A stretch of 64,000 nt of DNA from a virus. The stretch covers positions 4,777 through 68,776 of the IMG/VR virus record IMGVR_UViG_3300027782_000079; one strand, 5' to 3'. The notes below the pieces were generated by a model. That model was given only the letters and a program-made list of their open reading frames with translations. It searched no databases and was not told the DNA's origin. The stretch's first letter is position 1, and each line of letters begins with the position of its first letter. This document shows positions 1 to 10,005 of the stretch, one piece after another. Position numbers and translations under genes: made by a program.

Positions 1-8
1 AACGCGCC

Positions 9-545
9 TTGCGCGAACTCTACTCTTCCGAAATAATGGAGTGGTATAGAGTTCAGTATAATATTCCTCTTCCTGTTTTTTACAAAACTCCAGTAGAGGA
101 AGATGTCGCGCACATAGATTTTTATCGCAGGCAATACTGGAACGAAGTGCGTTGGGGCATACGAAATTGGGGAGACGATTCCCTCGATCTCAAAATGGCG
201 CCCTTTACATACTTCCAGCCATATGGAGGCGTATTGCCTCCTCCAAATGGTTTCGGTATTGAAACCGAGTATACGGTCAAGAATGAAAAATATCAGTTTA
301 CCAAAGATGCTTCAGAAGACATCAAGCCCGTAGAGTCTGTTCCCTATGAATATGACAAAGAGTATACTGTAAAGAGTAATTCAAACATTCCAATGCATGT
401 TACCGAAGCTACCAGACAGCTCGAATCAAGCAGGGTAGAAAGCACAACTACTTCATATGGTATTAATAATGAAGAGTACTGGGAAATGATAGATAAACTG
501 CAAAATGATGATTCTTTGTGGGATACGATTGAAACATTAGAGTAA
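9..545 (+). CDS. putative tail assembly chaperone (probably 5'-truncated by window edge)
   Basis: Frame is open to the window start; lies directly upstream of the tape measure gene; acidic C-terminus. Call is mainly positional. Confidence 0.45.
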   Translation: MRELYSSEIMEWYRVQYNIPLPVFYKTPVEEDVAHIDFYRRQYWNEVRWGIRNWGDDSLDLKMAPFTYFQPYGGVLPPPNGFGIETEYTVKNEKYQFTKDASEDIKPVESVPYEYDKEYTVKSNSNIPMHVTEATRQLESSRVESTTTSYGINNEEYWEMIDKLQNDDSLWDTIETLE

Positions 546-557
546 GGAAAAGTTGGT

Positions 558-3500
558 ATGGCGCCCGGACCTTCAAAAGGAGACATAGAACGACGAATTG
601 GCCCACTCCCGTCAAGAGGCGATCCTGCTCTTTTGACAGCCTTAGGTAAACTCTCCGGAACTATTGATAAGCTTTCTGTTGCCGTTGCCGCATCGGGCAA
701 ATTAGCAACCGGCACTGGCCCTGCAGCGAATACGGGAGGAGTAAGCCCCCCCACTCCGCCCAACAGTGGAGGGGGAGCCTCAACACTCCCCACTGGGTCT
801 CAGGGAGCAGGGGGAGCCTCAACACTCCCCACTGGGCCTCAGGGAGCAGGGGGAGCCTCAACACCCCCCACTGGGCCTCAGGGAGCAGGGGGAGCTCCAC
901 CACTCCCCACTGGGCCTCAGGCGGCAAGCGGAGCTCCATACCTTCCTCCTCCATTCCAAGAGCCAAAAAAGGTCAAAGGTCCGGGATTATTCAGCCTTGT
1001 CAAAGCTGGCGCAAGCGCATTATCTGGTGCGGTCATTTCAAACATGGGCGCTGCAAGTGCTGAGGATTACCAGATTGGGCAACTGTCGCGACGAACACTT
1101 GATTCGTCCATGGGCATTCAGAATTACCGTGACCGGTTGCGTCAATCCGCAATTGGAACCGGAGCTTCATTTGAGGAAGCGTTTCAATATTCAAAAACAT
1201 CAACACGGTTCAAGGGATCGTTAAACACAAGACAAGCTCAGGATCAGGCCGACAGCAGCTTGCAAAGCGCATTCGGGCTTGGAGCAGACCGCGGCGTGTA
1301 TCAAGGAACTGTTGAAGCATTGGGTCGAGCCGGTGCAATCGGTGGTGGAGGGCAAGCCGCTGGCTTTGCGGGAGGAGATCAAAAAGCATTTGCGCAAACC
1401 ATAGCGGAAACATTGGCAAAGGGCAAGTTGTTTGATCGCTTGGATGAAGTCATGGCTAGCATGTCGGAATTGACTCAGACAATTTCTTCTCGCGGCGGGC
1501 TTGTTGATCCTCAGAAACTTGGGGATGCCATGGCCAAGGTGAACAAGGACATGCTCGGGAGTGTTGGTACCGATCCTCGTGCTCGCTCCATTCAGGAACG
1601 CGCACCACAGCTCATGGCCGGTTTGGACAAGCTGATGTCTGGAATGGGCAAGGACACACTAGGAATGGCGGTTTATTCTCAACAAAATCCGCAAGCAGGT
1701 GGTTTCGGCATCAAGAGCATGGTTGATTATCGCAGATCCATGGAAGGTGGAGATATTGAAGCCAAGGCTAAAATTTACTCTGGCGCTTTCAAAACCATGG
1801 GCGGTGACATAAATAAACTGGATTCAAACAGATCCATGATTGCCTCAAACATGTTAGCCAACAAGTACGGAATGTCGTATGACACCATGCAGGATATGTT
1901 AAAAGTTTCAAAAGCAATCACAAGTCCGAAAGGAAAAGACAATATAGCAGAGTTGAAATCAGAAGATAATCTGAGTCGGGTCTCATCAGATTACAAGTCG
2001 ATCATGGCCAGAACAGACAAGGGATCAGAAGGGACCATGCAGCTTGCCACGCGGCTCGGAGCAGCCGAAAGTGCATCAGAGATAAAAGACGCTCTCAATA
2101 CAACAATCAAGGCCGCCGGTGAAAAAACGCAAACGCGAGGAGGACAAGAAACACTTTCAAAATTACAAGATGTCATGAAAAATGGCACCGATGTTGAAGA
2201 CATGCGCAAACAGGCGCTATCTGCACTTGCAAGCAAAAATGGTGAATTGAATTTAGGTGGAAACAGACTGGAGAATCCGCAAGTTGCGATGACGGATTTG
2301 ACGGGTGCAATCAAGGATTTGTCTTCGCGAATGGCAGAAGTTCTTGCTCCCTCAATGGACAGGCTCAGCGAATCATTCAGGGCTGCAGCGGGAACAAATC
2401 CGACAGCTGTGAGAAACAATCCGCAAAACATGGAAGATAACACTAGCAGATATGCACGCAATGCTGCTGTTGGACTCGGTACGCTTGTGGCTTCCGGACT
2501 TGGCGCGGGTGCAGTGGGAATGACAATGAATTCTTACAAAAGAATACGAAATTTCATGGGGGCGGGTGTCGAGGCAGCAGCAGACGCGGCTGCTGGTGGT
2601 CCCGGATCATCCGGTCCCGGACTAGGTTCTCGCTTGATGGGCAATTTATCAAGATTTGCTTCTAGTGGTGCAGGTCAGGTAATTGGAAAAGGATTGGCTT
2701 TTGGAGGAATTGCTGCAGGTGCATATTCGGCATATCACGACGTATCCGGAATGATGAGTGACGACAAACAAACACAAAAGCATTCCTTTGGAAGGACTCT
2801 GGCTGGTCTCGCAGGAGGAGCTCTTGCCGTTGGAGGCCTTGCTGCAGCCACAGGAGGTGTCGGCTTATTGGGCAGCGCAGGCGCGGCTGGACTAGGATAT
2901 TCTGCCGGAAGTAATCTCTATGATTGGGTCACTGGTGGCGGAGAGGGCGAAAAAGGCGGCAGAGCAGGCGGTGGAGGCGGTAGTGCCGACATTTCGTTGG
3001 CCAATGTCACAACCATGCGCGTCACTACACTGATTGTCGAAGGTACGATTCAGGGCAATCTTGGCCCTAGCGGCAAGCCCGGTGGCGGTGGTGGCGGTGG
3101 TGGCGGTGGTGGCGGTGGTGGCGGCGGTGGCGGTGGAGGCAACGTATCTAATCCGCAAATTATCAACTACACACCGGACGATAACGTAGGCGACGCAATT
3201 CGCGACAGTCGCGCCGACCAGAGAATGGCTGATGCCGTCAAGATTGTTGCACAGACAGGAACTGGAAATGGCCGCACCACAACGCCCAAACCCAGTGCGC
3301 GTGCAGGGTCCGGAGGCGGAAGTTTCAAGGGACCGGGCAGCGGCACAGTTGGCCCTGCAGGCGACGTTGGAGCGGATTGGGACGCAATTTCCAAAATTAC
3401 TTATCAGAGCGAAAGTGGCGGAGATGCAGGGCGCGTGTCTGACGGCAAAGATGATCCGGGTGGCCCAAGCTACGGATTGGTTCAATGGACTTCCTTGAAC

Positions 3501-4949
3501 AACGGACAACAAATGCGTACTGGAGAAAGCAATGTTGAAAGAATGCTGCAAAACGCCAAGACTAGTGATGGCACAAGTTACGCGGACAAACATTTCAAGG
3601 GAATGGCAGTCAACAGTGCGGAGTTCAAGAAAAAATTTCAAGAGTTAGGAAAAACTGATGCGCGATTCAAGGACGAACAAGCACGACTCGCAAAAGCAGG
3701 ATATCTAGATCCAATCCTCGATACGTATCGCAAAGAATTTGGTGTATCTGGAAACGCGTTGAAAGGAATCTTGTTTTCCACGGCAGTGCAACACGGACAA
3801 GGCGGCACAAACACTATTATCAAGGGTGCGTTTGCGGGAATGGACGCTGATGCAATTGGAAAACTTTCTGATGAAGAAAAAATTAACAAAATTTCAGACT
3901 ACAAGGTCAGCGATGAACATCTAAATAGAAATTTTCATACCCAAGCGTTGCGAGATTCGCAAAGAATAAGATTTAACCGTGAACGAAAAGAAGCTCTTGA
4001 AATGGCGGCAGCAGATCGACAAAGAAAAGCAGACAAAGATACTGCTGATGGCAGCAAGGGCTTACCAGTTATTTACGGAAAGCAGGAGCAAGGCGAAAGA
4101 GGACAATATTTTGTAAACGGGAAAGCTGTTGATATTGACACATCAAGAGGAGCCAGTGCCGATAACCGTCGAGCAGGCGCGGGATATATGATCTCTGGAG
4201 CTACCGGATTTCAATCAGGGTCAACTCGAAAAATGGGCGAAAAAGGCGTCACCATTACCGGACTGCAAGGCAGCAGCAACTTTGAGGAAAAAATTGGCAT
4301 TGGTTCTGGAAAAGGCGGAACCATTCGAAGTGCCGGAGAAGAGGATGTCGAGGGCGGTGGCAAAAGAAGCTTTATTGATTATGAAGATGATAAGGGAACA
4401 GTGTTTCATTATGGCGGAGTTGAGCTTAGTGATGAATGGAAAAAGGCTCTCGCTGACGCCAAGGACTCAGAAGGAGTAAAAGTTGGAGAAGGCAAAGTCC
4501 TTGGAAAACTTTCTGATGAAACAAAGGGATTTACTGCAAACGCTTTTCGCAGAAAAAGTGGCGTGACCTCTACAGCCAGTTGGGGCGGTCGCGTAGCTAA
4601 CGGTAGTTATAGCATACGTGATGCCAATCAATTGTGGGATGAAGTTAGTGCTTCTGATGCGATTACTGACAGCAGCCGCGTAGGACAAGGAGCAGCACCA
4701 GTGACAGGAAGTGCGCCAGTGACAGGGACGGGCAGCGCAACAGGGGCAGACGGCGCAACAGGGGCAAACGGCGCAACAGGGGCAAACGGTACGGCAGGCG
4801 GTACGGCACCAAGATCGGCAGGAGGAGCTGCTGCCGACAAGCTTGACATCACTATTCGCTTGGAACAAGATGCCAATGGACAGATATTCGGAAAAGTGTC
4901 GAATGGTGGTGGCGCACGAGTTGTTGTCGGAAACGGCGGTCAGATATGA
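558..4949 (+). CDS. tape measure protein with C-terminal lysozyme-like (VgrG3-C-like) domain
   Basis: 1463 aa, Ala/Gly-rich helical protein with hydrophobic GxxG segments; motifs YQSESGG..VSDGKDDPGGPSYGLVQW and FSTAVQHG; precedes the hub gene; AAGGA RBS-like site upstream. Confidence 0.85.
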   Translation: MAPGPSKGDIERRIGPLPSRGDPALLTALGKLSGTIDKLSVAVAASGKLATGTGPAANTGGVSPPTPPNSGGGASTLPTGSQGAGGASTLPTGPQGAGGASTPPTGPQGAGGAPPLPTGPQAASGAPYLPPPFQEPKKVKGPGLFSLVKAGASALSGAVISNMGAASAEDYQIGQLSRRTLDSSMGIQNYRDRLRQSAIGTGASFEEAFQYSKTSTRFKGSLNTRQAQDQADSSLQSAFGLGADRGVYQGTVEALGRAGAIGGGGQAAGFAGGDQKAFAQTIAETLAKGKLFDRLDEVMASMSELTQTISSRGGLVDPQKLGDAMAKVNKDMLGSVGTDPRARSIQERAPQLMAGLDKLMSGMGKDTLGMAVYSQQNPQAGGFGIKSMVDYRRSMEGGDIEAKAKIYSGAFKTMGGDINKLDSNRSMIASNMLANKYGMSYDTMQDMLKVSKAITSPKGKDNIAELKSEDNLSRVSSDYKSIMARTDKGSEGTMQLATRLGAAESASEIKDALNTTIKAAGEKTQTRGGQETLSKLQDVMKNGTDVEDMRKQALSALASKNGELNLGGNRLENPQVAMTDLTGAIKDLSSRMAEVLAPSMDRLSESFRAAAGTNPTAVRNNPQNMEDNTSRYARNAAVGLGTLVASGLGAGAVGMTMNSYKRIRNFMGAGVEAAADAAAGGPGSSGPGLGSRLMGNLSRFASSGAGQVIGKGLAFGGIAAGAYSAYHDVSGMMSDDKQTQKHSFGRTLAGLAGGALAVGGLAAATGGVGLLGSAGAAGLGYSAGSNLYDWVTGGGEGEKGGRAGGGGGSADISLANVTTMRVTTLIVEGTIQGNLGPSGKPGGGGGGGGGGGGGGGGGGGGNVSNPQIINYTPDDNVGDAIRDSRADQRMADAVKIVAQTGTGNGRTTTPKPSARAGSGGGSFKGPGSGTVGPAGDVGADWDAISKITYQSESGGDAGRVSDGKDDPGGPSYGLVQWTSLNNGQQMRTGESNVERMLQNAKTSDGTSYADKHFKGMAVNSAEFKKKFQELGKTDARFKDEQARLAKAGYLDPILDTYRKEFGVSGNALKGILFSTAVQHGQGGTNTIIKGAFAGMDADAIGKLSDEEKINKISDYKVSDEHLNRNFHTQALRDSQRIRFNRERKEALEMAAADRQRKADKDTADGSKGLPVIYGKQEQGERGQYFVNGKAVDIDTSRGASADNRRAGAGYMISGATGFQSGSTRKMGEKGVTITGLQGSSNFEEKIGIGSGKGGTIRSAGEEDVEGGGKRSFIDYEDDKGTVFHYGGVELSDEWKKALADAKDSEGVKVGEGKVLGKLSDETKGFTANAFRRKSGVTSTASWGGRVANGSYSIRDANQLWDEVSASDAITDSSRVGQGAAPVTGSAPVTGTGSATGADGATGANGATGANGTAGGTAPRSAGGAAADKLDITIRLEQDANGQIFGKVSNGGGARVVVGNGGQI
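771..926 (+). repeat. four tandem 39-bp coding repeats (GGASTLPTGPQGA)
   Basis: gggggagcctcaacactccccactgggcctcagggagca units start at 771, 810, 849 and 888; the last is diverged. Confidence 0.95.
3081..3140 (+). repeat. (GGY)n tract encoding 20 consecutive glycines in the tape measure protein
   Basis: ggtggcggt repeated, seen directly. Confidence 0.95.
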
Positions 4950-6484
4950 GCATCAACTTGAACAAGGCGTATGAAGGCAGAATAGGCACATTTCGCCATC
5001 AGATCATTGCCGGAGGAATTGACATCAGCGATATGGTCATTAGCGGCAGAACCTCAAAATCCATCGCAAATGCTTGCGGTTCGTTTTCCCTCATGTTGCG
5101 ACCACTGCTCAAAGAAAATCGAATGGTTGCCCTTCCTATCGGCATGCACGAGTATTGCGAAATACGTTTGGATAGAAATAGGAATGAATCGGGTGGAATC
5201 ACGTCCTCAAGCCGTCCCACTATTGTCATGCGAGGACTGGTTGAGACCATTGAGGTGCAAGAATCTGTTTCGCAAGGATTTTCTGGTGCTCCCACAAGAA
5301 TGCACACCATCACAGGAGCGGACTTGACCAAGATCATTGAAAGGAAACAATTGTTTATTCCGCCCGATCTTACCGAAAAAGCCATTGCAATTTATGGACA
5401 AATTTTTGCTTTATTTGACAAAGTGAATAGCGCAGAGAAGACTGAATCGGACGTTATTCTTCCATTGTCGGAATGGGCAGATGTATTCATTACCAGTGTA
5501 TACAAAGACGAATATATAAAGATTGCCAATCTTTCCGGCATACAAAATTACTCTATCAAATCAAATATCAATCTACCCATGCAATCAGGACGACAAAAAT
5601 TCCGCGTTCTTTCTACGCCGATTATCAACTCATTTACTGGATCCTATTGGGATTTAATTGAGTATTATTGCAAGAAGCCATTTATTGAAATGTTTATGCA
5701 AGACAATGAATCAGAATCAGTCATCAATGTACGATGGACTCCGTATAAGAATGGATACGGCAATTATCCCTTGCAATCAAGATCCGGTAATGATCCTTGG
5801 ATTTCCAAAGCTCCTGATGAATGTCATATATCATTATCCAATATTATTGAGAAACAAGTACGACTTTCGGAAACAGATCGCAACACGTATTTTTATTGTC
5901 AATTAAGCGGAGTAGTCATGGGGTCAGAAGAAGCCGTCACTGCAATTCCAGACGATGTTCCACAAGGAACCGCCGGAGTCATTACCAATCCTTATTATGA
6001 CGAAGGAGGCATTGCACGATTTGGTTTTCGCCCATTTATTGCGGAAATTCCTTGGATGGGATATCTGCAATCCAGCGCGACAGAGGATCGGGAAGGCGCT
6101 GAAATTCAAGAAATATTGCCGGATGTAAATGCTTGGGCAGTGGAAACACTTTCATTTACCGATGCATTGTACTCAGGCTACCTTACAATACCCGGAAACC
6201 CATTGGTGAAAATTGGTCAATATCTTACAATAGAAGAGACAGGTGAACAATATTACATTGAAAGCGTAGAGCATACATGGCAAGTGTATCCTTCTCCAAG
6301 TTACTTGACAAAGATTGGCGTCACGAGAGGCGTGATTCCTGAAAAATGGAAAATGAAACAATCGGAATTCAAAGATAGATCGGTTTGGGGCAATTACAAT
6401 CCTGATCTTGGATTTTTAACCACCAAAACGGCTTCTGGCGTTGAAACACTCAATAAAATAAAATTTGAAACAGAAAATTTGTAA
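4946..6484 (+). CDS. baseplate hub / tail protein (gp27-like)
   Basis: Overlaps the TMP stop (ATGA); N-terminal TSKSIANACGSFSL..; C-terminal GNPLVKIGQYL..YYIESVEHTW..TKIGVTRG, typical of hub proteins. Confidence 0.75.
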   Translation: MSINLNKAYEGRIGTFRHQIIAGGIDISDMVISGRTSKSIANACGSFSLMLRPLLKENRMVALPIGMHEYCEIRLDRNRNESGGITSSSRPTIVMRGLVETIEVQESVSQGFSGAPTRMHTITGADLTKIIERKQLFIPPDLTEKAIAIYGQIFALFDKVNSAEKTESDVILPLSEWADVFITSVYKDEYIKIANLSGIQNYSIKSNINLPMQSGRQKFRVLSTPIINSFTGSYWDLIEYYCKKPFIEMFMQDNESESVINVRWTPYKNGYGNYPLQSRSGNDPWISKAPDECHISLSNIIEKQVRLSETDRNTYFYCQLSGVVMGSEEAVTAIPDDVPQGTAGVITNPYYDEGGIARFGFRPFIAEIPWMGYLQSSATEDREGAEIQEILPDVNAWAVETLSFTDALYSGYLTIPGNPLVKIGQYLTIEETGEQYYIESVEHTWQVYPSPSYLTKIGVTRGVIPEKWKMKQSEFKDRSVWGNYNPDLGFLTTKTASGVETLNKIKFETENL

Positions 6485-6486
6485 CA

Positions 6487-7233
6487 ATGAGAACAACGAG
6501 TTCGCTTTACGGATCAGCCGGAATGAGACCCAAAAGAGATGGAGAAGTAAGTCCTTTTGCAAAAATTCCGGGATCCATTTACGCTCGGATTACCTACGTC
6601 AATTGGGAACAACGTACTATCAACTGCATCGGAATGGCCAATCAGAAGAGTGCCGGTCCATGGAATAATGTTCCGGTACTGTCCACCATGGCAACACAGT
6701 CCGAAGGATTGCATTGGTTGCCGACAATTACTGAAGTCGATGTCGAATATCCACAACAAGCCGCGGAATTCAGTGGAGTGCTTGACGCATTGGCAGTCAT
6801 AGATTTCATTGGAGGAGACCCGCTACGCCCAATATGCATGGGCTTTGTTTCCGCTGGGCCAAATGAATTCTCATTTGATGAACCCGGTACTCGTATTGAC
6901 CGACATGCCAGTAATGTTTATAGCAGGCTTGCACACAACGGAACCTATGAATTTTCTTTTCCGGATGGCACGTTCCTGAAAATTGCGCCCGCTTCTGAAG
7001 GATATGGCTTGACAGACCTTGACGCAAAAAACACGAAACACGCAGGCGCAAGACCTTGGAATATTCCAACAGATGAACCAAGAATTATTTCATTTTCTCA
7101 TCCATCAGGAACGTCAATCACTATTGATCAAAATGGATCAATCAGCATTGTTTCTGCAACATCAATCAGCATAACAAGTAAATCCGGAAGCATATCACTC
7201 AATACTCCGTCAGAAAGTTTTTCGGTAGGATAA
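6487..7233 (+). CDS. baseplate central spike (gpV/gp5-like)
   Basis: OB-fold-like N-terminus (ARITYVNWEQRTINC..ALAVIDFIGGDPLRPICMG); C-terminal beta-helix repeats HPSGTSITIDQNGSISIVS; follows the hub gene. Confidence 0.75.
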   Translation: MRTTSSLYGSAGMRPKRDGEVSPFAKIPGSIYARITYVNWEQRTINCIGMANQKSAGPWNNVPVLSTMATQSEGLHWLPTITEVDVEYPQQAAEFSGVLDALAVIDFIGGDPLRPICMGFVSAGPNEFSFDEPGTRIDRHASNVYSRLAHNGTYEFSFPDGTFLKIAPASEGYGLTDLDAKNTKHAGARPWNIPTDEPRIISFSHPSGTSITIDQNGSISIVSATSISITSKSGSISLNTPSESFSVG

Positions 7234-7237
7234 TAGC

Positions 7238-9847
7238 ATGCCTATTAATACTACCTCCCTGATTATTGGAACAAATCTGAAATTTGCTACCGTGAGCACA
7301 CAAAATGCTCCGGGAGATAATCTTGTTTCAATATACGCTAAATCAGATGGAAAAATGTATTCCAGATATGGATCGTCGGGTGAAGAGACAATCATCGGGG
7401 GAAACGCATCGTTGACCATTGGTACCGGATTGTTGTCCAGTTCTGGTTCTGCGTACAACAGCGTAGGTGCGACAACCATTTCACTGGCAAACACCGCGGT
7501 TACTGCCGGAACGTATTCCAATGCAACGCTTGTCATTGACGCGCAGGGAAGAATAACCAGCGCAACAGCAAGCACTGCAGGAACTTTTACTACTGGTTCG
7601 TTTACCGATGACATTACTATTCATGGCGTAACCGTAGGCACTGGGGGTAATGCTACAAGCGGTACTACTCTTGGTGTTTCTGCCGGAAAATATACCGGCA
7701 TAAATAATACTGCTATTGGGTACAGATCGCAAGCATTAGCAACTAGTTCCGGAATTAGAAATACTTCTGTTGGAGCAGATACACTTCAAACAGGCGATCC
7801 TACTTATGATAATGTTGCTATTGGATACGGCGCATTAAACCAATATGGTGGTTCGTATACTACTGGTGTTGGATCGTATGCGTTATATTCAAGTGATTTT
7901 AATGCATCATATAATACAGGTCTTGGATACTCTGCGCTTTCTGCATCAAAAGGCACAGCAAACACCGGCATAGGATCTCAATCTCTTAAAAATATTATTG
8001 CAGGAACAAACAGCACAGCGGTAGGGGCAAACGCACTCTACACCGTTATTTCCGGAGGAACAAATACTGCAGTTGGTTCGAGTGCTTTATATACAACTAC
8101 GGGATCAGGTAATGTTGCTCTAGGATATTTTGCGGGAAAATATGAAACTGGAAGCAATGCATTCTATATAGATAATCAAAACCGCACGGATACTGCGGGA
8201 GATAAATCAAAAGCACTGTTGTATGGAACATTCAATGCTACGGCCTCAAACCAAACGCTTGCAATCAATGCAGGAACAGTGACCACTATTGGCAACGTCG
8301 GCATTGGGACCACTACTCCAGCAACGACACTGGAAATAGCCGGAACTAGTTATGCTGGATTGCAAATGAAACGACGAACTGATGATAATGAAATATCAAC
8401 AGGTTTGTATTTTGATTCTGTGGCTGTTTATGGTTTAGGAACATTATCTGGCACAACGCTTTCAGTTGGCTCTTTGTCAACATCAAGTACGCTTTCTGTT
8501 GGGCAAACAATTACTTGGGCCGGTATCACTTCAACTGTAACTATTCTAGAACAACTTACTGGCACAACAGGGCGGCAAGGAACGTATTTCGTAAATAATT
8601 CTTCCAGTTTATCAGTATCTAACGTAACTGCATTTACAGCAATTACTACAAGCGGCAATAATTATACTATTCGAGGCTCTAATGGCGGATTGGATTTTCG
8701 TAGTGGATCTGCAGTTAATGTTGCAGTAGGAACATCAAGAGTTTATTTTTCTTCTGCTGGCAACGTCGGTATTGGAACTATTGCTCCCGATGCAACTCTT
8801 GACGTTCGCGGGAAAGCTGCTTTTTCAGAAATTAGTTCATATTCTGATACGGGAGGTCAGGCACACAGAGCAATTGGTCGCTACGGAGATGATTTTTCTT
8901 GGGCACCGCTTGTTTTCCCGTATACACCTCGTTACGTCACACTTCCCGAAAGCTACCTTGGTGGCATGGCATATCAGCCATCTAACATCACATTATATGG
9001 AAATGATAAAGGAGATAATAGCGCTAGTGCATTTAATCCAACAACAGGATTAGTGAGCGGAACAAAATACACTATTACCTTTGTGGGAAATACAGCATGG
9101 TTTGATATTGGAGCATCGGTCTCTACAGTTGGACATATTTTTACATATAACGGATCAACTGTGTATCCTGCTACTGGAAACACTGGTTTATGTAAATTGT
9201 CGCCATCATTAAGTGCAAGAATAACTATTTTAAATCCATCAGGAAACGTCGGCATTGGGACCACGAGTCCAGATGTAAATTATGGACTAACGGTACAATC
9301 CCCTATTTTATCACGTGCCGCAAATGCAGCCGTAGCCACTGCAAGTACAGCAGGACATTCATATTTTACCAACGCAACAGTAACAGGATATAACTCATAT
9401 TATAGTTGGAGATACAATGGAAACGACAAGTGGAACCTGTGGTGTGCTAGTGGTTCGACTTTATACCTAACTGACGCTGATGGAGATAACGGCGTATATA
9501 TGAGCCAGAACCAAACTGCATGGAGTGCCAATTCTGACTCTCGGATCAAAGACGTAAAGGAACCTATTGCCAACGCTCTTGACAAGGTGAATCAACTTAC
9601 CGGCGTCAAGTTCACGTGGAAACGAGATGCGGACAACCCTGATGCCAAGACTCGGGTGGGCTTGATTGCACAGGATGTACTAGTCGTCCTTCCAGAAGCG
9701 GTGGATAATGACACTCCAGACCTCATCACTGACGAGGAGACAGGAAAAGTCTCAGGAGGACTCGGCGTAAGGTACACCGAACTTGTCCCCTTGTTAGTGA
9801 ATGCCATCAAGGAACTGGCGCAGCGGGTGGAGGCTTTGGAAGCATGA
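7238..9847 (+). CDS. tail fibre/spike protein with C-terminal intramolecular chaperone (peptidase S74)
   Basis: NTAIG..AL beta-roll repeats; three GNVGIGT repeats; C-terminal SDSRIK..GLIAQDV..VRYTELVPLLVNAIKEL autocleaving chaperone. Confidence 0.9.
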   Translation: MPINTTSLIIGTNLKFATVSTQNAPGDNLVSIYAKSDGKMYSRYGSSGEETIIGGNASLTIGTGLLSSSGSAYNSVGATTISLANTAVTAGTYSNATLVIDAQGRITSATASTAGTFTTGSFTDDITIHGVTVGTGGNATSGTTLGVSAGKYTGINNTAIGYRSQALATSSGIRNTSVGADTLQTGDPTYDNVAIGYGALNQYGGSYTTGVGSYALYSSDFNASYNTGLGYSALSASKGTANTGIGSQSLKNIIAGTNSTAVGANALYTVISGGTNTAVGSSALYTTTGSGNVALGYFAGKYETGSNAFYIDNQNRTDTAGDKSKALLYGTFNATASNQTLAINAGTVTTIGNVGIGTTTPATTLEIAGTSYAGLQMKRRTDDNEISTGLYFDSVAVYGLGTLSGTTLSVGSLSTSSTLSVGQTITWAGITSTVTILEQLTGTTGRQGTYFVNNSSSLSVSNVTAFTAITTSGNNYTIRGSNGGLDFRSGSAVNVAVGTSRVYFSSAGNVGIGTIAPDATLDVRGKAAFSEISSYSDTGGQAHRAIGRYGDDFSWAPLVFPYTPRYVTLPESYLGGMAYQPSNITLYGNDKGDNSASAFNPTTGLVSGTKYTITFVGNTAWFDIGASVSTVGHIFTYNGSTVYPATGNTGLCKLSPSLSARITILNPSGNVGIGTTSPDVNYGLTVQSPILSRAANAAVATASTAGHSYFTNATVTGYNSYYSWRYNGNDKWNLWCASGSTLYLTDADGDNGVYMSQNQTAWSANSDSRIKDVKEPIANALDKVNQLTGVKFTWKRDADNPDAKTRVGLIAQDVLVVLPEAVDNDTPDLITDEETGKVSGGLGVRYTELVPLLVNAIKELAQRVEALEA

Positions 9848-10005
9848 GCAACTTTCGTGTAAAAACCGTTCTGACTATGAGGCATTGATAGCATCTAGTC
9901 CTGCTTCTGTTGCTTCTCAGCAAACGTAATTTTCGCCTTATCTCTAGCGTCAAGGTTGTATTTTTTTATATAATATGATCTACTTTCATATAACTACAAG
10001 GAGTA

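Noticed and set aside
771-926. 39-bp repeats as a CRISPR array
   Set aside because: Units are contiguous without unique spacers, in-frame within the tape measure gene, and no cas genes are present.
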